Shown here piece after piece: positions 24,986-37,317 of a DNA stretch of 64,000 nt (positions within the stretch are counted from its first letter, which is position 1; each line of letters starts with the position of its first letter). The stretch is from Ranitomeya imitator (lineage: Eukaryota), in assembly GCF_032444005.1 (NCBI RefSeq), contig NC_091290.1, positions 135,718,001 to 135,782,000 of the forward strand, given 5' to 3'. The notes under the pieces were generated by a model. The model saw only the letters and a program-made list of their open reading frames with translations. It was not told the origin of the DNA and searched no databases. The position numbers and the translations under genes are program-made.

Positions 24986-25166
24986 GTAAAACAGAGGAAC
25001 AGACTAAGAAAGAGATTGTACAGCACTTAGAAGCCAAAAGGGAATCTAGAGCCAGAATCGCAATGGAAAAAGTTATCCAACAGGAAAATCAGATTGAAGC
25101 CCTGGAGCTGGTCCAGATATGTTGCGATACACTGTCTAAAAAATTTGGATTAATCCAATCTATGGA
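24986..25166 (+). CDS. IST1: IST1-like paralog B, coding exon 2 (SKTEEQTKKEIVQHLEAKRESRARIAMEKVIQQENQIEALELVQICCDTLSKKFGLIQSM)
   Basis: 181 nt, phase 1 to 2, tacag/GTAAGA. Aligns without gaps to TELAQKARKEIADYLAAGKDERARIRVEHIIREDYLVEAMEILELYCDLLLARFGLIQSM. Confidence 0.93.
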
Positions 25167-25666
25167 GTAAGAAAGTGACGTCTTTATCCTTACATCCTGG
25201 TCTGCAACGCAACAGTCCTGCAAAATAATGACACACTATAATGCAGAGTGATTGCACGGACCCCTATTCTTGGGGTCACTGGGGATCCATAGGGTCATAT
25301 CAGGGTTGGTTCCAGATTTATACTCCCAATTGGACCCCCTTTGTTTTCAAATTTTCTTCCTAGCCTTCCATGAGCTATGCATTTTTTAATTTTTCAGTTG
25401 TTACAAGTTATAGTTTTTATCATTAGCATTTTGGGGACTATGCAACTTTATGATATTGGTCAATTTATACCGCCGTCTGACTGCACCCTAAATCGCAGTT
25501 TGACCTCTTAGATCCTGCTGTCAATCAGAGCTATCTCCATTCACACCAGTTAGACTCGGTGCAGGCGGTGTATAACACAGGTCCTGAGCCCACTCCGTAC
25601 ATGTATGATGATGCCACATGTTGAAACCTGCTCTAAGTGTCACTGTTGTGCTTTCTTTATATGCAG

Positions 25667-25754
25667 TAGCCTTGACCCGACCCTCTCGGAAGCCGTGTCT
25701 ACTGTGATCTGGGCAGCCCCACATCTGGAGACTGAGGTCCCCGAGCTGAAGAAA
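25667..25754 (+). CDS. IST1: IST1-like paralog B, coding exon 3 (SLDPTLSEAVSTVIWAAPHLETEVPELKK)
   Basis: 88 nt, phase 2 to 0, gcag/GTAGGT. 18/29 identical to the human exon. Confidence 0.93.
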
Positions 25755-26135
25755 GTAGGTAGAAATCACACAGTTTACAGCAATCAAGAAACTTGGAATG
25801 ACTGGAGCCCAATAATACATATTTAATTTAAATGGTCTCTATACTATCTCTAAAGTGATGGATTCACAGCTACCCTGCTCAGTACTGCTGTATAATGACC
25901 TCCATGCTGATGCTGCTTCTGGACATGTACTACGTAGAGACAGGAGAGCAGGACTCAGCCATGTCTGTGTACAGGACACATCGTAGCAGTTAGTTGAGTC
26001 AAAGCCAGGATTTAATGGGATTAAATAAAATAACAGAAGGACGTCTCCATTCTGCTGGACAAACCTCTGGCTTTGTGTGATTTCAGCCTTCTGACTGAAT
26101 GTATAATGATGAGACAATGTTTCCATGTATTACAG

Positions 26136-26219
26136 GTAGTTCAGCAACTTTGCCTGAGATACAGCAAAGAATATGGCAACCTCTGTAGGGTTAACAATCT
26201 TAAGACAGTTAATCCAAAA
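26136..26219 (+). CDS. IST1: IST1-like paralog B, coding exon 4 (VVQQLCLRYSKEYGNLCRVNNLKTVNPK)
   Basis: 84 nt, phase 0-0, tacag/GTAAGT; YSKEYG.LCR conserved. Confidence 0.93.
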
Positions 26220-26639
26220 GTAAGTAGAATGTGTATATTGTGTCCTTTGTGTTATCCAACTGGAATCCAGACAGAAAAATCCATAAATTAGACATTAAGA
26301 TGAAAAAAAGGTGTATGCACCATAGTGATAACCAATGCCGGTACCAGTGGGGTAACGCTAAGAGAGGCAGAAAACGTGAACCACCATCTTCACCACCCGG
26401 CGTCATCAGGATGCAGATACCATTCAATAGAATGGTGAAACAGGGATCTGTCGGGTCCTTTTACCACCATTCCGCCTGTGTGTCTGTTCAGAGCCTCTGT
26501 CCACACACAACACAGAACAGAGCGGAGCTTGGGGGGAACAGGGCTAAGTCAGTAGTTTTCTCTTTCTTTAATTTTGTCAGTGAGTACTTGTAGGGGACAT
26601 AGTGTATTTGAGGGCCATAAGACTGTGTGGGATCCATCA

Positions 26640-28430
26640 GACTGAGTGGGGGTCAGTGGGACCCTCATACTGTGTTGGATGCTGTGGGGTGCTATCATAC
26701 TGTCTGGGGGGGCTGTGTGGCTATCATACTGTGTTGGAGGCTGTGGGGTACTATCATACTGTTTAGGGGGTTGTGTGGCCATCATACTGTCTGGGGGGGG
26801 GGGGGGTGGCTGCGTGGCCATCTTACTGTGTTGGAGGCTGTGATGTGCCATCATACTGTCTGGGGGGGCTGTGTGGCCATCATACTGTCTGGGGGGGCTG
26901 TGTGGCCATCATACTGTGTTGGAGGCTGTGGGGTACTATCATACTATTTAAGGGGTTGTGTGGCCATCATACTGTCTGGAGGGGATGTGTGGCCATCATA
27001 CTGTCTGGGGGGGCTGTGTGGCCATCATACTGTGTTGGAGGCTGTGGGGTACTATCATACTGTTTAGGGGGTTGTGTGGCCATCATACTGTCTGGGGGGG
27101 CTGTGTGGTCATCATACTGTCTGGGGGGGCTGTGTGGCCATCATACTGTCTGGGGGGGCTGTGTGGCTATCATACTGTCTGGGGGGGCTGTGTGGCCATC
27201 ATACTGTCTGGGGGGGCAGTGTGGCCATCATACTGTCTGGGGGGGCTGTGTGGCTATCATACTGTGTTGGAGGCTGTGAGGTGCTATCATACTGTGTTGG
27301 GGGCTGTAAGGTGTATCATACTGTCTGGGGGGCTGTGTGGCCATCATACTGTGTTGGAGGCTATGAGGTGCTATCATACTGTCTGGGGGGTTGTGTGACC
27401 ATCATACTGTCTGGGGGGGGGGCTGTGTGGCCATCATACTAATGTGTTAGAGGCTGTGAAGTGCTATCATACTGTCTTTGGGGTTGTGTGACCATCATAC
27501 TGTCTGGGGGGGCTGTGTGGCCATCATACTGTCTGGGGGGGGGGGCTGTGTGGCCATCATACTACTGTGTTAGAGGCTGTGAAGTGCTATCATACTGTCT
27601 GTGGGGTTGTGTGGCCATCATACTGTCTGGGGGGCTGTGTGGCCATCATACTGTCTGGGGGGGGGCTGTGTGGCCATCATACTACTGTGTTAGAGGCTGT
27701 GAGGTGCTATCATACTGTCTGTAGGGTTGGGTGGTCATCATACTGTCTGGGGGGTGGCTGTGTGGCCATCATACTGTCTGGGGGGGAGGTTGTGTGGCCA
27801 TCATACTACTGTGTTAGAGGCTGTGAGGTGCTATCATACTGTCTGTGGGGTTGTGCGGTCATCATACTGTCTGGGGGGGTTGTGTGGCCAACATACTGTG
27901 TTGGAGGCTGTGGGTTGCTATCATACTGTCTTGGGTGCTATAGAGGACATCATATTGTCTGGGGAACTGTGGAGGACATCATAATGTCTGGGGGTCTGTG
28001 AGGCCATAATGCTGTGTGGGGACTGTGGGCCAGTAAACTGTGTAAAGGGGCTGTTGGGGCAGCATACTGTGTGGGTCGCACCATTGCGGTATCATACTTT
28101 GCTGGGCACACTGTGGGTCATTATACTGTGCATGTGAGAGGGGCACTGTGGGGTAATTCACTAAATGGGAATCATACTGTATATTGGAGACTTTTTCGAG
28201 GCATCATCATCTATTGGGGTTCTGAAAGGGGTATCCTAGTGGGTAAGAACACAAAGGGACTTCAATAGGGGCAAAATTACTGTGTTAGTACCGAAAACAA
28301 GCCTCTCTCCCTGTCTTTAAAAGTTGGCAAGTATGCCCTTCTGTAACTGTGCAAACGTGTCGTGACCCTGCCTGTGACACCAATTAGTTCTTTTGGAGGG
28401 AGTCTTTTGCTATGGGGCCCGTGATTTCTG
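26640..28430. repeat. Degenerate ~20-bp minisatellite (TGTGGCCATCATACTGTCTGGGGG) within a probable non-autonomous DNA element
   Basis: Read directly; a related array lies in opposite orientation at about 29940-30780. Confidence 0.75.
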
Positions 28431-28527
28431 TGTACACGCCTGGCATTTATACGAAGGTAAAAATGGAAATGCTTGGTAAAATTGCATATTTATAGTAAGT
28501 GGCAGGTCTTTAAATTTCTTCTTACAG

Positions 28528-28617
28528 GTGATCGAATTGCTCACTACTGAAAAGACGTCCATAGTCACGATAAACAGACATCTGGCCAACATTGCCAAAG
28601 AGTTTGGTATAGACAAG
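28528..28617 (+). CDS. IST1: IST1-like paralog B, coding exon 5 (VIELLTTEKTSIVTINRHLANIAKEFGIDK)
   Basis: 90 nt, phase 0-0, ttacag/GTTGGT. Aligns to LMHKLSVEAPPKILVERYLIEIAKNYNV but is 7 codons shorter than the 111-nt exon in paralog A. Confidence 0.85.
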
Positions 28618-29091
28618 GTTGGTATTAATAAGGATGGAGCAGATAAAAATCTGCCATAAATATGAGATGAGTGTCCTCAGTGTCGGACTGGGCTGGCAAA
28701 GGCCATCCAATAACATTGACTCTCGGGGCCACTGTTCAGCTACATGCAAAAATGACCTGACCCTAGTACGCAAATTCACTTTTGCCTCTATGTAATTGTA
28801 ATTTGGCTAGCTTGTTTACTGAATGATTAGATGATTTACACATTACATAAAAAGTTATCAAGTGCCATAGAATTGCTCATTTGCTCATCAGTACTACTTC
28901 ATAGCGGCCTACCGGAGGATTCTCCTGTTTCCCTGAGGACCAGTCCGAGCCTGAGGGTCCTGAATTCTCCAACATGAAGAGACTCTACATCAGACAGAAT
29001 CCAAGGCATAACCAATCCTCGTATACACCCTTCTAGCTATTAGATGCCATATTTGCATTCAATATTAATAACTGTTGTTTGTTTTTTTTAG

Positions 29092-29181
29092 GGTGACTTT
29101 ACTTATGGCAGTTCTGGTTCTGAAGCAAGTTTCGACAGTTTTACACAACCTACTTCATCGTGCCCATATCCACAAAGCAAC
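29092..29181 (+). CDS. IST1: IST1-like paralog B, predicted exon 6 (GDFTYGSSGSEASFDSFTQPTSSCPYPQSN)
   Basis: T-tract-tag/GTGAGT, 90 nt, phase 0-0; end weakly like IST1 TPFSYPLPKGP. Confidence 0.72.
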
Positions 29182-29437
29182 GTGAGTCTGACTATGGTAT
29201 TAGGTTAGACTTTTTCTGGTGGAAGAGGAGACTACTCTCAAAGGGATTGTCCACTTTTGACAATTCAGTTTTGTTACAAAAGCCACCTATGTTCAGCAGT
29301 AATGTGCACTGTACGGGGCAGAAGTGGTCAACTCTCCTGCAACACAAGTATAGGAGAAATTATACTGTGCGGAAGGAAATCAACGGGTCGGGATTTACAG
29401 AATGAGAGTTCCTCTTTGTAGTTGCTGCCTGCTTTAA

Positions 29438-29640
29438 CCCTGCTGTTGTCTTCGGTCAAAAACGACCGACCTTGAACTTCAATATTCTTTAAAATATTCA
29501 AGATGCGGCTCTAAAACCCGTGGCCGACCGACCCATCCTCATTTAAGTCAATCTACCACAAGTTTCAGAACCGGATCTTGAACACCCCAAAAATACCAAA
29601 GTTCAAAATAGGTCTCCCCAGACCGAAGACAACAGCAGGG
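29438..29640. mobile_element. piggyBac-type MITE (203 bp)
   Basis: TTAA|CCCTGCTGTTGTCTTCGGTC...GACCGAAGACAACAGCAGGG|TTAA, perfect 20-bp TIR. Confidence 0.88.
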
Positions 29641-31492
29641 TTAATGAATGAAAATCCCAAATGAGGGTCTCCCCTTATCTCAGAATAGTCTAATATAGGA
29701 GGGCTTTCCTGGGCTTGGATATCCTAAGGAGAGGTCATCAATATCAGATAGGTGGTGATCTGACACCAGTCAATTTCATACCTCCAAACTCTGAGGGACG
29801 GTAAAAAGATTCTCATTGCAGCTCATGTAGCGTGCCACGGCAAAGCATTTTACAGTTTTGTCACATCCTTGACCCCACACAGTAATTTTTGTATGCCAGT
29901 AGATAACTATTGCCCCTGGTAATACTCTATCTAGCCCCCATGCAGTATGATTCCCACACAATTCCTCATTCACCCAGATGCCCTAAGTGCCCTTCGTACA
30001 TGATGCCCCTACAGTGCCCCAAACATTTTAAGATGCCGCCAGTACTTCCAACACAGTATGATGCCCCCACAATTCCTTCACACAGTATGATGACCCCATA
30101 GTCCCTCGCTCAAACAGCATGATGATCCCACAGTCCATTTTCACCGTAACAGGACTCCATAGTCCCTCACCCACACAATATGATTCTCTCACAGTCCCCC
30201 TACGCAGTATAATGTACTCATAGTATCCCCACACTGTATGATGCCTCAACGTCTCCACACAAAGTATGACGCCCCAACAGTTCCTCACCCTCACAGCATG
30301 ATGTCCACACTGTCCCCCTATACAGAATGATACCCCCACAGTCCTTCACTCACATAGCATGATGACCCCACAGTCCATTTACATAGTATCATGCCCCCAT
30401 AGTCCATCACCCATACAATATGATACCTCCACAGTCCTCCTACACAATATGATACCTCCACAGTCTACCTACACAGTATGATGCTTCAACGCCCCCCACA
30501 CAAAGTATTATGCCTCAACAGTTTCTTCTCCACACAGTACGATGCCCATACAGTACGATACCCCTACTTTCCCCTCACACAGTATGATGCCCCCACATTC
30601 TCCTCATGCACAGTATGATATCCCTATTGTCCACTAATGTAATGTAATGCCCCATGCTTCTTCTACACAGTTTAATGACTCCATAGACCCCCTCACACAG
30701 TATGATTCCCCCTCAGTCCCTCATGCACACAGTATGATATACTGCAATCCATCACTCCCAGTATGATGCCCCAGTTTTTCCCCCTGTAAACTGGTGCTTG
30801 CACTGTGCCCCTTACCTGCAATATGGCAATTAAGCAAGAAAATACCAACTGCAACGCCACCATTAAATTCAACTATACAGTATCTGTGACCTAAAGATAC
30901 AGATGACTTAGGACTAGTTTTGAGTCAACGTGCTTGTGTGCTAACCGAGTGTATTTGATGCACTCGAAAAATATGTTCAAGTCACCATGGCTGCATGTCT
31001 CGTGGGTGTTAGACAGACGCAACACATGCAGGGATTACCTAACAAACAGCATGGTCGGATAGCGCCTTACCCAATCACGTTGGCTCATACCTACTCAGGA
31101 CATACTGCCAACTTTCTAGGATAGCTCCCCAAATCAGGGACTGTGTCTCGTTGGCTCCTGGACGGTTGGAAGGCATGGGCACCTCCGCCGATCAGTTACT
31201 TGCAGGTGCTGCAGCTGCCAATAGTAAATGGTGTACATAGTCGGGTTACCAGAACGCCGTGCACTGTCTACTGGCCGTTCTCAAGTACTGCAGCTCAGCT
31301 CCCATTACTTCAATGGGATTTACATTTCAAATCTGGCAATCAAGGCTATATAAAGCTGAGCCAGGGTATATGATCTATCATAAAAAGAATTGTTGCATTT
31401 AATTTTTTAAATTAAAAAAAATTGCTGCAAAGAAAAAGTAATAAGTATATATCAATGCACCGGTCTTATGATATAATGCGGACTTTTTATAG

Positions 31493-31600
31493 GAACACTT
31501 TCCAGATGCAGAGAAGATTTACAAAGACGTCGTTGGCGATTCTCCTTCCGAGGCACATGGAATGCCCTGGTCTGCAGAACATGAGACTCCAGGAAATTCG
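31493..31600 (+). CDS. IST1: IST1-like paralog B, predicted exon 7 (EHFPDAEKIYKDVVGDSPSEAHGMPWSAEHETPGNS)
   Basis: ttttatag/GTCAGT, 108 nt, phase 0-0. Confidence 0.62.
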
Positions 31601-32491
31601 GTCAGTCTTAAAAAAAAAAGCTTATGGACCACTGAGACTTTCTAAGGTTCTAAAGCAGAGCTCCAAATTCATTGCATCCCTCCACTCCACCATAGAAGTA
31701 AATTAGTAAATTGTTGCAACATTTAGCCACCACTAGGGGGAGCAATATTAATATTTAATTACGGTAGATCCTATGAGAATTTTTGCAGTGACTGCAGTCA
31801 ACATTTCTACTGACTGAGCATGTGTGACCACCGTCGCATTAGGTGGACATTCTGAGAGGCAATCAAAAGAACAGTAGGGGGCGCCATATCAAGTCTGTAG
31901 CAGCAATATCCAGACACAGGAGCATATTTCAAAACCGATTTCAATAGAAAAATAATGTTTTGTGTGATATAAAGAAAAAAAATGTGATACTTAATAGTGG
32001 GACAACATCTTTAATTAACCCCATAATGTACCTATAACGTTTATTTTCATCATAGGTTGATAAGGAATGTATGAAGCCGGCTCAGGAGTTGACCCTGCTT
32101 CCTACCATCTCCTTGTAATTACAGCAGCCGATCATTGTAGTTTTACCACTTAAATGCTGCTGCCAGTTTTTGTTATATTTAAATCCGCCATACGGTTCTG
32201 GAGATATTGGCCTTTTTATTTAGTGAAAATTTTTATTGTCTTTAACAAAAAGGCGTTGCTCACAATATGATAATTCTGAGAACATTAAAGACACGTCCCA
32301 GAGGATCCTGTGAGCCAGGCCTCCTAGGAAAAATCATAAATTAGAAATAAATAAAAAACCGTATGAGAGATATAAAAAAAAATAACGGTGTATTCAGTGG
32401 AGCAGTGGGGATAAAGTATGAGCAAAAAGTGGTCACATCCTCCTTAATGAACAATATAAGGAATTAATTTAGAATTTTTCTCTTCTCACAG

Positions 32492-32522
32492 GAAAATCCT
32501 GACTTTAATATATCGAATGAAG
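32492..32522 (+). CDS. IST1: IST1-like paralog B, predicted small exon 8 (ENPDFNISNE)
   Basis: Strong polypyrimidine-cacag acceptor, GTGAGC donor, 31 nt, phase 0 to 1, like the small IST1 exon. Confidence 0.62.
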
Positions 32523-32901
32523 GTGAGCACTTAATTCTGACACCGATCAGTGTTGCTTGAATGATCCAAAGGATGGGAATTGAGATAGTGATAATGGTCT
32601 GATTCGCTATGGTACATGAGCGTGAGCATTTAGTACATTTAAAGGGATTGTCCAGACTAATTAAAAACATTATTGTGGGAATGGATGGTGTAGAAATAAC
32701 AAAATTGGACTTACTCACATGCTGCAACCCCCCGTAGATTCAGTTCAGGCTTCTCCTGCAGTCTTCTCCGACACCAGAAGTGTCATTTTTTGTACCGCAA
32801 AAACCTGATTTATACAATAGGTGATGATAAGTTCCCCTTAAAGGATTTGTCCACGTTTGCATTTAAAGTGCATGTATTAGTTAATTCATTGTCTTTGATA
32901 G

Positions 32902-32954
32902 ATGTCGGATTTAAGCCAGAGCTGTGGAAAGACGACAAAAATAAGAAATTATGA
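32902..32954 (+). CDS. IST1: IST1-like paralog B, predicted last coding exon (DVGFKPELWKDDKNKKL*)
   Basis: gtctttgatag acceptor, phase 1, TGA at 32952-32954. Total CDS 813 nt = 270 aa plus stop. Confidence 0.5.
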
Positions 32955-33286
32955 ACACCAAAGACCGAAGACTCACTAAGTCACACCGCAATTAAACAAT
33001 TATGGAAGAAGTGACAATGCCCTGCAAATCCGGAGGAAATGGTCACAAAGCTTGCTATAAATATTGCTCCGTGTTAGTTTTAGAGGCGTCATATTTATTG
33101 TGTATGAAACGTGATGTAATGGAAATTACTTATGTACCAATTGTTGAAATTTACTGTAATTTACTGTAAGATACTTGCTCCTGATCCTGGCAGGTTGTCC
33201 CAAGATTAATCCTAACTCTAATCCCTTCCGTGATAAAGTGTAATGAGTGACGGACTTGTAGGGGGCTCAGGAGCATAACTGGGTAG

Positions 33287-34081
33287 TGTTGTGAATTCTG
33301 TTATCGAACTCCCTCCTGTGGTCATGAATGGTACTTCGGCGAGTTCTGTCCATGGACTCCCTCTGGTGGCTGTGAGTGGAGCTGCTGCTTCTGAGGTTCC
33401 TTCCACAGGTGACGTAGTTTATTCTTTGGCTGGCTGCTCTATTTAACTCCACTCAGATCGTTACTCCATGCCAGCTGTCAATGTTCTTGTACTGGTTCAG
33501 TTCGCTCTTGGATCTTTCTGGTGACCTGTCTACTCCAGCAGAAGCTAAGTCCCTGCTAGTTAATTATTTGTTCTTTGTTTTCTTGTCCAGCTTGCTATCA
33601 TGATTTTGCCTTGCTAGCTGGAAGCTCTGGGATGCAGAGTGGCATCTCCGCACCGTTAGTCGGTGCGGAGGTCTTTTTGCACACTCTGCGTGGTCTTTTT
33701 GTAGTTTTTTGTGCTGACCGCAAAGATACCTTTCCTATCCTCAGTCTGTTTAGTAAGTCTGGCCTCCCTTTGCTGAAACCTGTTTCATTTCTGTGTTTGT
33801 GACTTTCATCTTAACTCACAGTCAATATATGTGGGGGGCTGCCTTTTCCTTTGGGGAATTTCTCTGAGGCAAGGTAGGCTTTATTTTCTTTCTCTAGGGC
33901 TAGTTAGCTCTTAGGCTGTGAAGAGGCGTCTAGGCAGTGTTAGGTACGCTCCACGGCTATTTCTAGTTGTGTGATAGGATTAGGGGTTGCGGTCAGCAGA
34001 GCTCCCACTTCCCAGAGCTTGTCCTGTGTGAGTTTAACCATCAGGTCGTTCCGGGTGCTCCTAACCACCAGGTCCATAACA
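33287..34081. mobile_element. Solo LTR (Gypsy-type)
   Basis: TGTTGTG...CATAACA termini with 4-bp TSD GTAG. Confidence 0.85.
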
Positions 34082-34509
34082 GTAGAGGCAGGAAGGGCAT
34101 GCTGTGAGGGAGCTGAGTACTTAAGATTGAAGGACAAATAGACACTTTGCCAACGATTAACATGGGAGATGATTTTGAGCTTGGATTAAATAGTTTAATG
34201 TATTTGACTGCAGTTCTTCCAAGAAGATCACTTCTGACCTGACTTCTCTGAAGAGTAGTTGGGTGTAGCTGACTCACGCTGGTTTCTGACACTTCTGAGC
34301 TGATGGCACTGCTTCCAGTTTCAAAGGGAAGTAAGCCTGATATGATCTGCTGCACTAAGTTTCCTTGGCTTATCACTTTATTTTTCGTAATGTTGCCCAT
34401 TTCTGATAAGGCAAATACTTATCAATCGTGTAATACCGTCAGAAAGGCGTTTGATTGTCTCCAGATTTTTCTGTAGCAACAACTTGAAACATCCAGCCAA
34501 TGTCATTAA

Positions 34510-35076
34510 AGGGAACCTGTCACCCCCCAAAATGGAAGTTGAGCTAAGCCCACCGGTATCAGGGGCTTATCTACAGCATTCTGTAATGCTGTAGATAAGC
34601 CCCTGATGTATCCTGAAAGATGAGAAAAAGAGGTTAGATTATACTCACCTGGGCGGGCAGTCCGATCCGATGGGCGTCGCGTTCCGGGGCCTCCCATCTT
34701 CATAGGATGACGTCCTCTTCTTGTCTTCACGCTGCGGCTCCGGCGCTGGCGTACTTTGTCTGCCCTGTTGAGGGCAGAGCAAAGTACTGCAGTGCGCAGG
34801 CGGCGGGAAAGGTCAGAGAGGCCCGGCGCCTGCGCACTGCAGTACTTTGCTCTGCCCTCAACAGGTCAGACAAAGTACGCCTGCGCCAGAGTTGTGGCGT
34901 GAAGACAGAAGAGGACGTCATCGCAAGAAGATAAGAGGCGTTGGACCGCGACACCCACTGGACCGGACCACAGCGGGACCGCCCCTGGGTGAGTATAATC
35001 TAACCTCTTTTTCTCATCTTTCAGGATACATCGGGGGGCTTATCTACCCCTCGATTTTGGGGGTGACAGGTTCCCT
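34510..35076. mobile_element. Palindromic Kolobok/T2-type MITE
   Basis: TTAA|AGGGAACCTGTCACCCCC...GGGGTGACAGGTTCCCT|TTAA. Confidence 0.87.
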
Positions 35077-35099
35077 TTAAGAACTATCTTCAGTATAAA

Positions 35100-35340
35100 G
35101 AAGAACAAGGAGTCCTAAACTCTCCAGAATTGTCTCCCTTCAAGCAAATCTAGAACGTTATTGGTCATCAATTGCAAAGGTAGCTGCCAGCAGGGTATCT
35201 TGATGATTTTCTCAAGTGCATTCAGCGCAGCAGAACATTCCTCAGATCACGATAACCCATAACCTCATTAATGGCAGCCGGGGGCTGTGTGTGATGGGAT
35301 TTCTGTACGTGGCGCTCACACTCCATGCTGAATAAATTGA
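35100..35340 (+). mobile_element. Small decayed Tc1 transposase 3' fragment
   Basis: Translates to SPELSPFKQI*NVIGHQLQ, resembling the Tc1 SPDLSPIE motif. Confidence 0.45.
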
Positions 35341-35399
35341 GAGGTTTTTTAAAAAAAAGTGTTTTTTTTTTTTCATCATTTGCAGATCAGTAACACGTC

Positions 35400-37049
35400 T
35401 TCATCCGGTGATTATGAAAATACCTGATTTTTAATAAATAAATTAAAATAAGCAATTGTAAAACTTTTAATTTTTTGTACTCTTAAAACAAATAATCATA
35501 CTATATAGAAAGTTAATAAACAACATTTCCCATGTGTCTATATCACATCAGCGTCATTTTTTCATATGTTCTTTTATTTTGTTAGGAGGTTAGAAATTTT
35601 GCAGCAATTTTTCACTATTTTTTCAGGAAATGTACAAAACTCATCTTTTTAAGGACCTATTTACTTTTGAAGTGATTTTGACGGCCTTGAGTACTGAAAA
35701 CCAACTAAACTTATACCATTTTAAAAAGAACTACACCCCTCAAAATATTGAAAACTGCTGTCACAAAACTTGGTAACCCATCTGTTACTTCACAGGAAAT
35801 AATACAAAGTGAATTGATAAGAAAAAAATTAAATTACATTTTTTTCCACTAAATTGTTGCTTTAGCTCCAAATTTTAAATGTTCACAATGGATTATAGGA
35901 GAGAAATGGACAACGAAATTTGTTGCACACGTCTTCTCTTGGGCCTACTGTTTGGGCACATGGCAAGTCTTGGAAGGGAAGTAGCGCTATTGAACTTATG
36001 TCGAGTGGATTGGGGGCACTACGTCGCGTTTACAGAGTCCCCACTGTGCCAAAACAGCAAATACTCCCACAAGTGACCCCATTTTGGAAACTACAGCCCC
36101 TATGGAATTCAAGTAGGTGTATAGTGAGCGATTTGAACTTACAGGTGCTTCCCTCAATTGTATATAATTGAGCAGCGAAATAGAAAAACTAAGTTTTTAC
36201 ACTAAAATGTTGATTCAAACCTTACATTTTTCATCTTCACAAGGATAATAGGAGAAAATGGACCAGAAACTTTGTTACCCACTTTCACCTAAATGCACTG
36301 ATAGCCCATTTGTGGTTGGAACCTATTTTTTGGGCACACGGCAGGTCTCGGAAGTAATGGAGAGCTTTGCGCTTCGGGGCCAAATGTGGCTGGAATAGAT
36401 TATAGATAAAACCCTCAAGAATTCATTTAGGTAGATCGTGAACATTTTGAACCCACGTGTGCTTCTCAGAATATTATATCATTGGGTATTGAAATTGAAA
36501 AATTACATTTTGTTTTACAAAAATTTAGTCTTTTTTTCTCAAATTTACAATTTTTTACAAAAGATAACAAAAATCAACCTATCAATTATTAAAAAAAATT
36601 CTCCGGAGTGTGCTCATACCCCACATGTGACCTTAAACCGTTGTTTGGGCACACGGCAGAAGGAGCTCAGTTTGGCTTTTGGACTACAGGTTTCGTTGGA
36701 GTAGCATGCAGATTAGACAAACAGGCAACCCCCACATGTATGAAAGATGTCTAGCGGCCGCAAATCATGCAGCTGTGTCGACAAAAACTAAATCTCCGAG
36801 CACGCCAAAATACTCGGAGACCACCCGAGCATGCTCGGGAAATCTCGAGTATGGAGTATACTCGCTCATCACTAACGCAGATGCCATGAGGTTCCAAAAA
36901 AAGCATAAATCCCCAGAAAGTGACTCCATTTTGGAAACTATAACCCCAAAGTTACTCATTTATAGCACAATGACAAATTTGCTATTGGATGTATAGCAAA
37001 TTCAGTGTAAAAAAAATAAGACTTGAGTATTTTTTGACAAATACATAAT
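35400..37049. mobile_element. Large AT-rich interspersed DNA repeat into which the L1 inserted (appears to resume at about 43482-43860)
   Basis: Recurrent sub-repeats GTGACCCCATTTTGGAAACTA and TTTGGGCACACGGCA. Family assignment uncertain. Confidence 0.5.
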
Positions 37050-37317
37050 GTATAGGACATATTTTTTTAACCAATCAATGTTTATTGAAAATTTTACATA
37101 TTAAACAACACATCAGAAAACTTCAGGGCGAGGGGGGAGAGGGAGAATGAAAGAGGAAGACGGGGGGGGGGGGGGGGGGGGAGGAGGAAAGGGGATAAGG
37201 GGAAAGGTCCAATGCATAACATATTAAAGACCACAATGTAATCAGTACACAATACACAAATACAGTGTCAGATAAAGCAAAAAAAAAAAAAAAAACAGAA
37301 TTAGAGAAGCATACAAT

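Noticed and set aside
31422-31706. 94-aa ORF MLQRK...MQRRFTK overlapping IST1-B exon 7
   Set aside because: Different frame from the phase-consistent 31493-31600 exon. Using the alternative acceptor at 31505 would give a different, also open, C-terminus (RKILTLIYRMK-MSDLSQ...); this is not preferred but only cDNA can exclude it.
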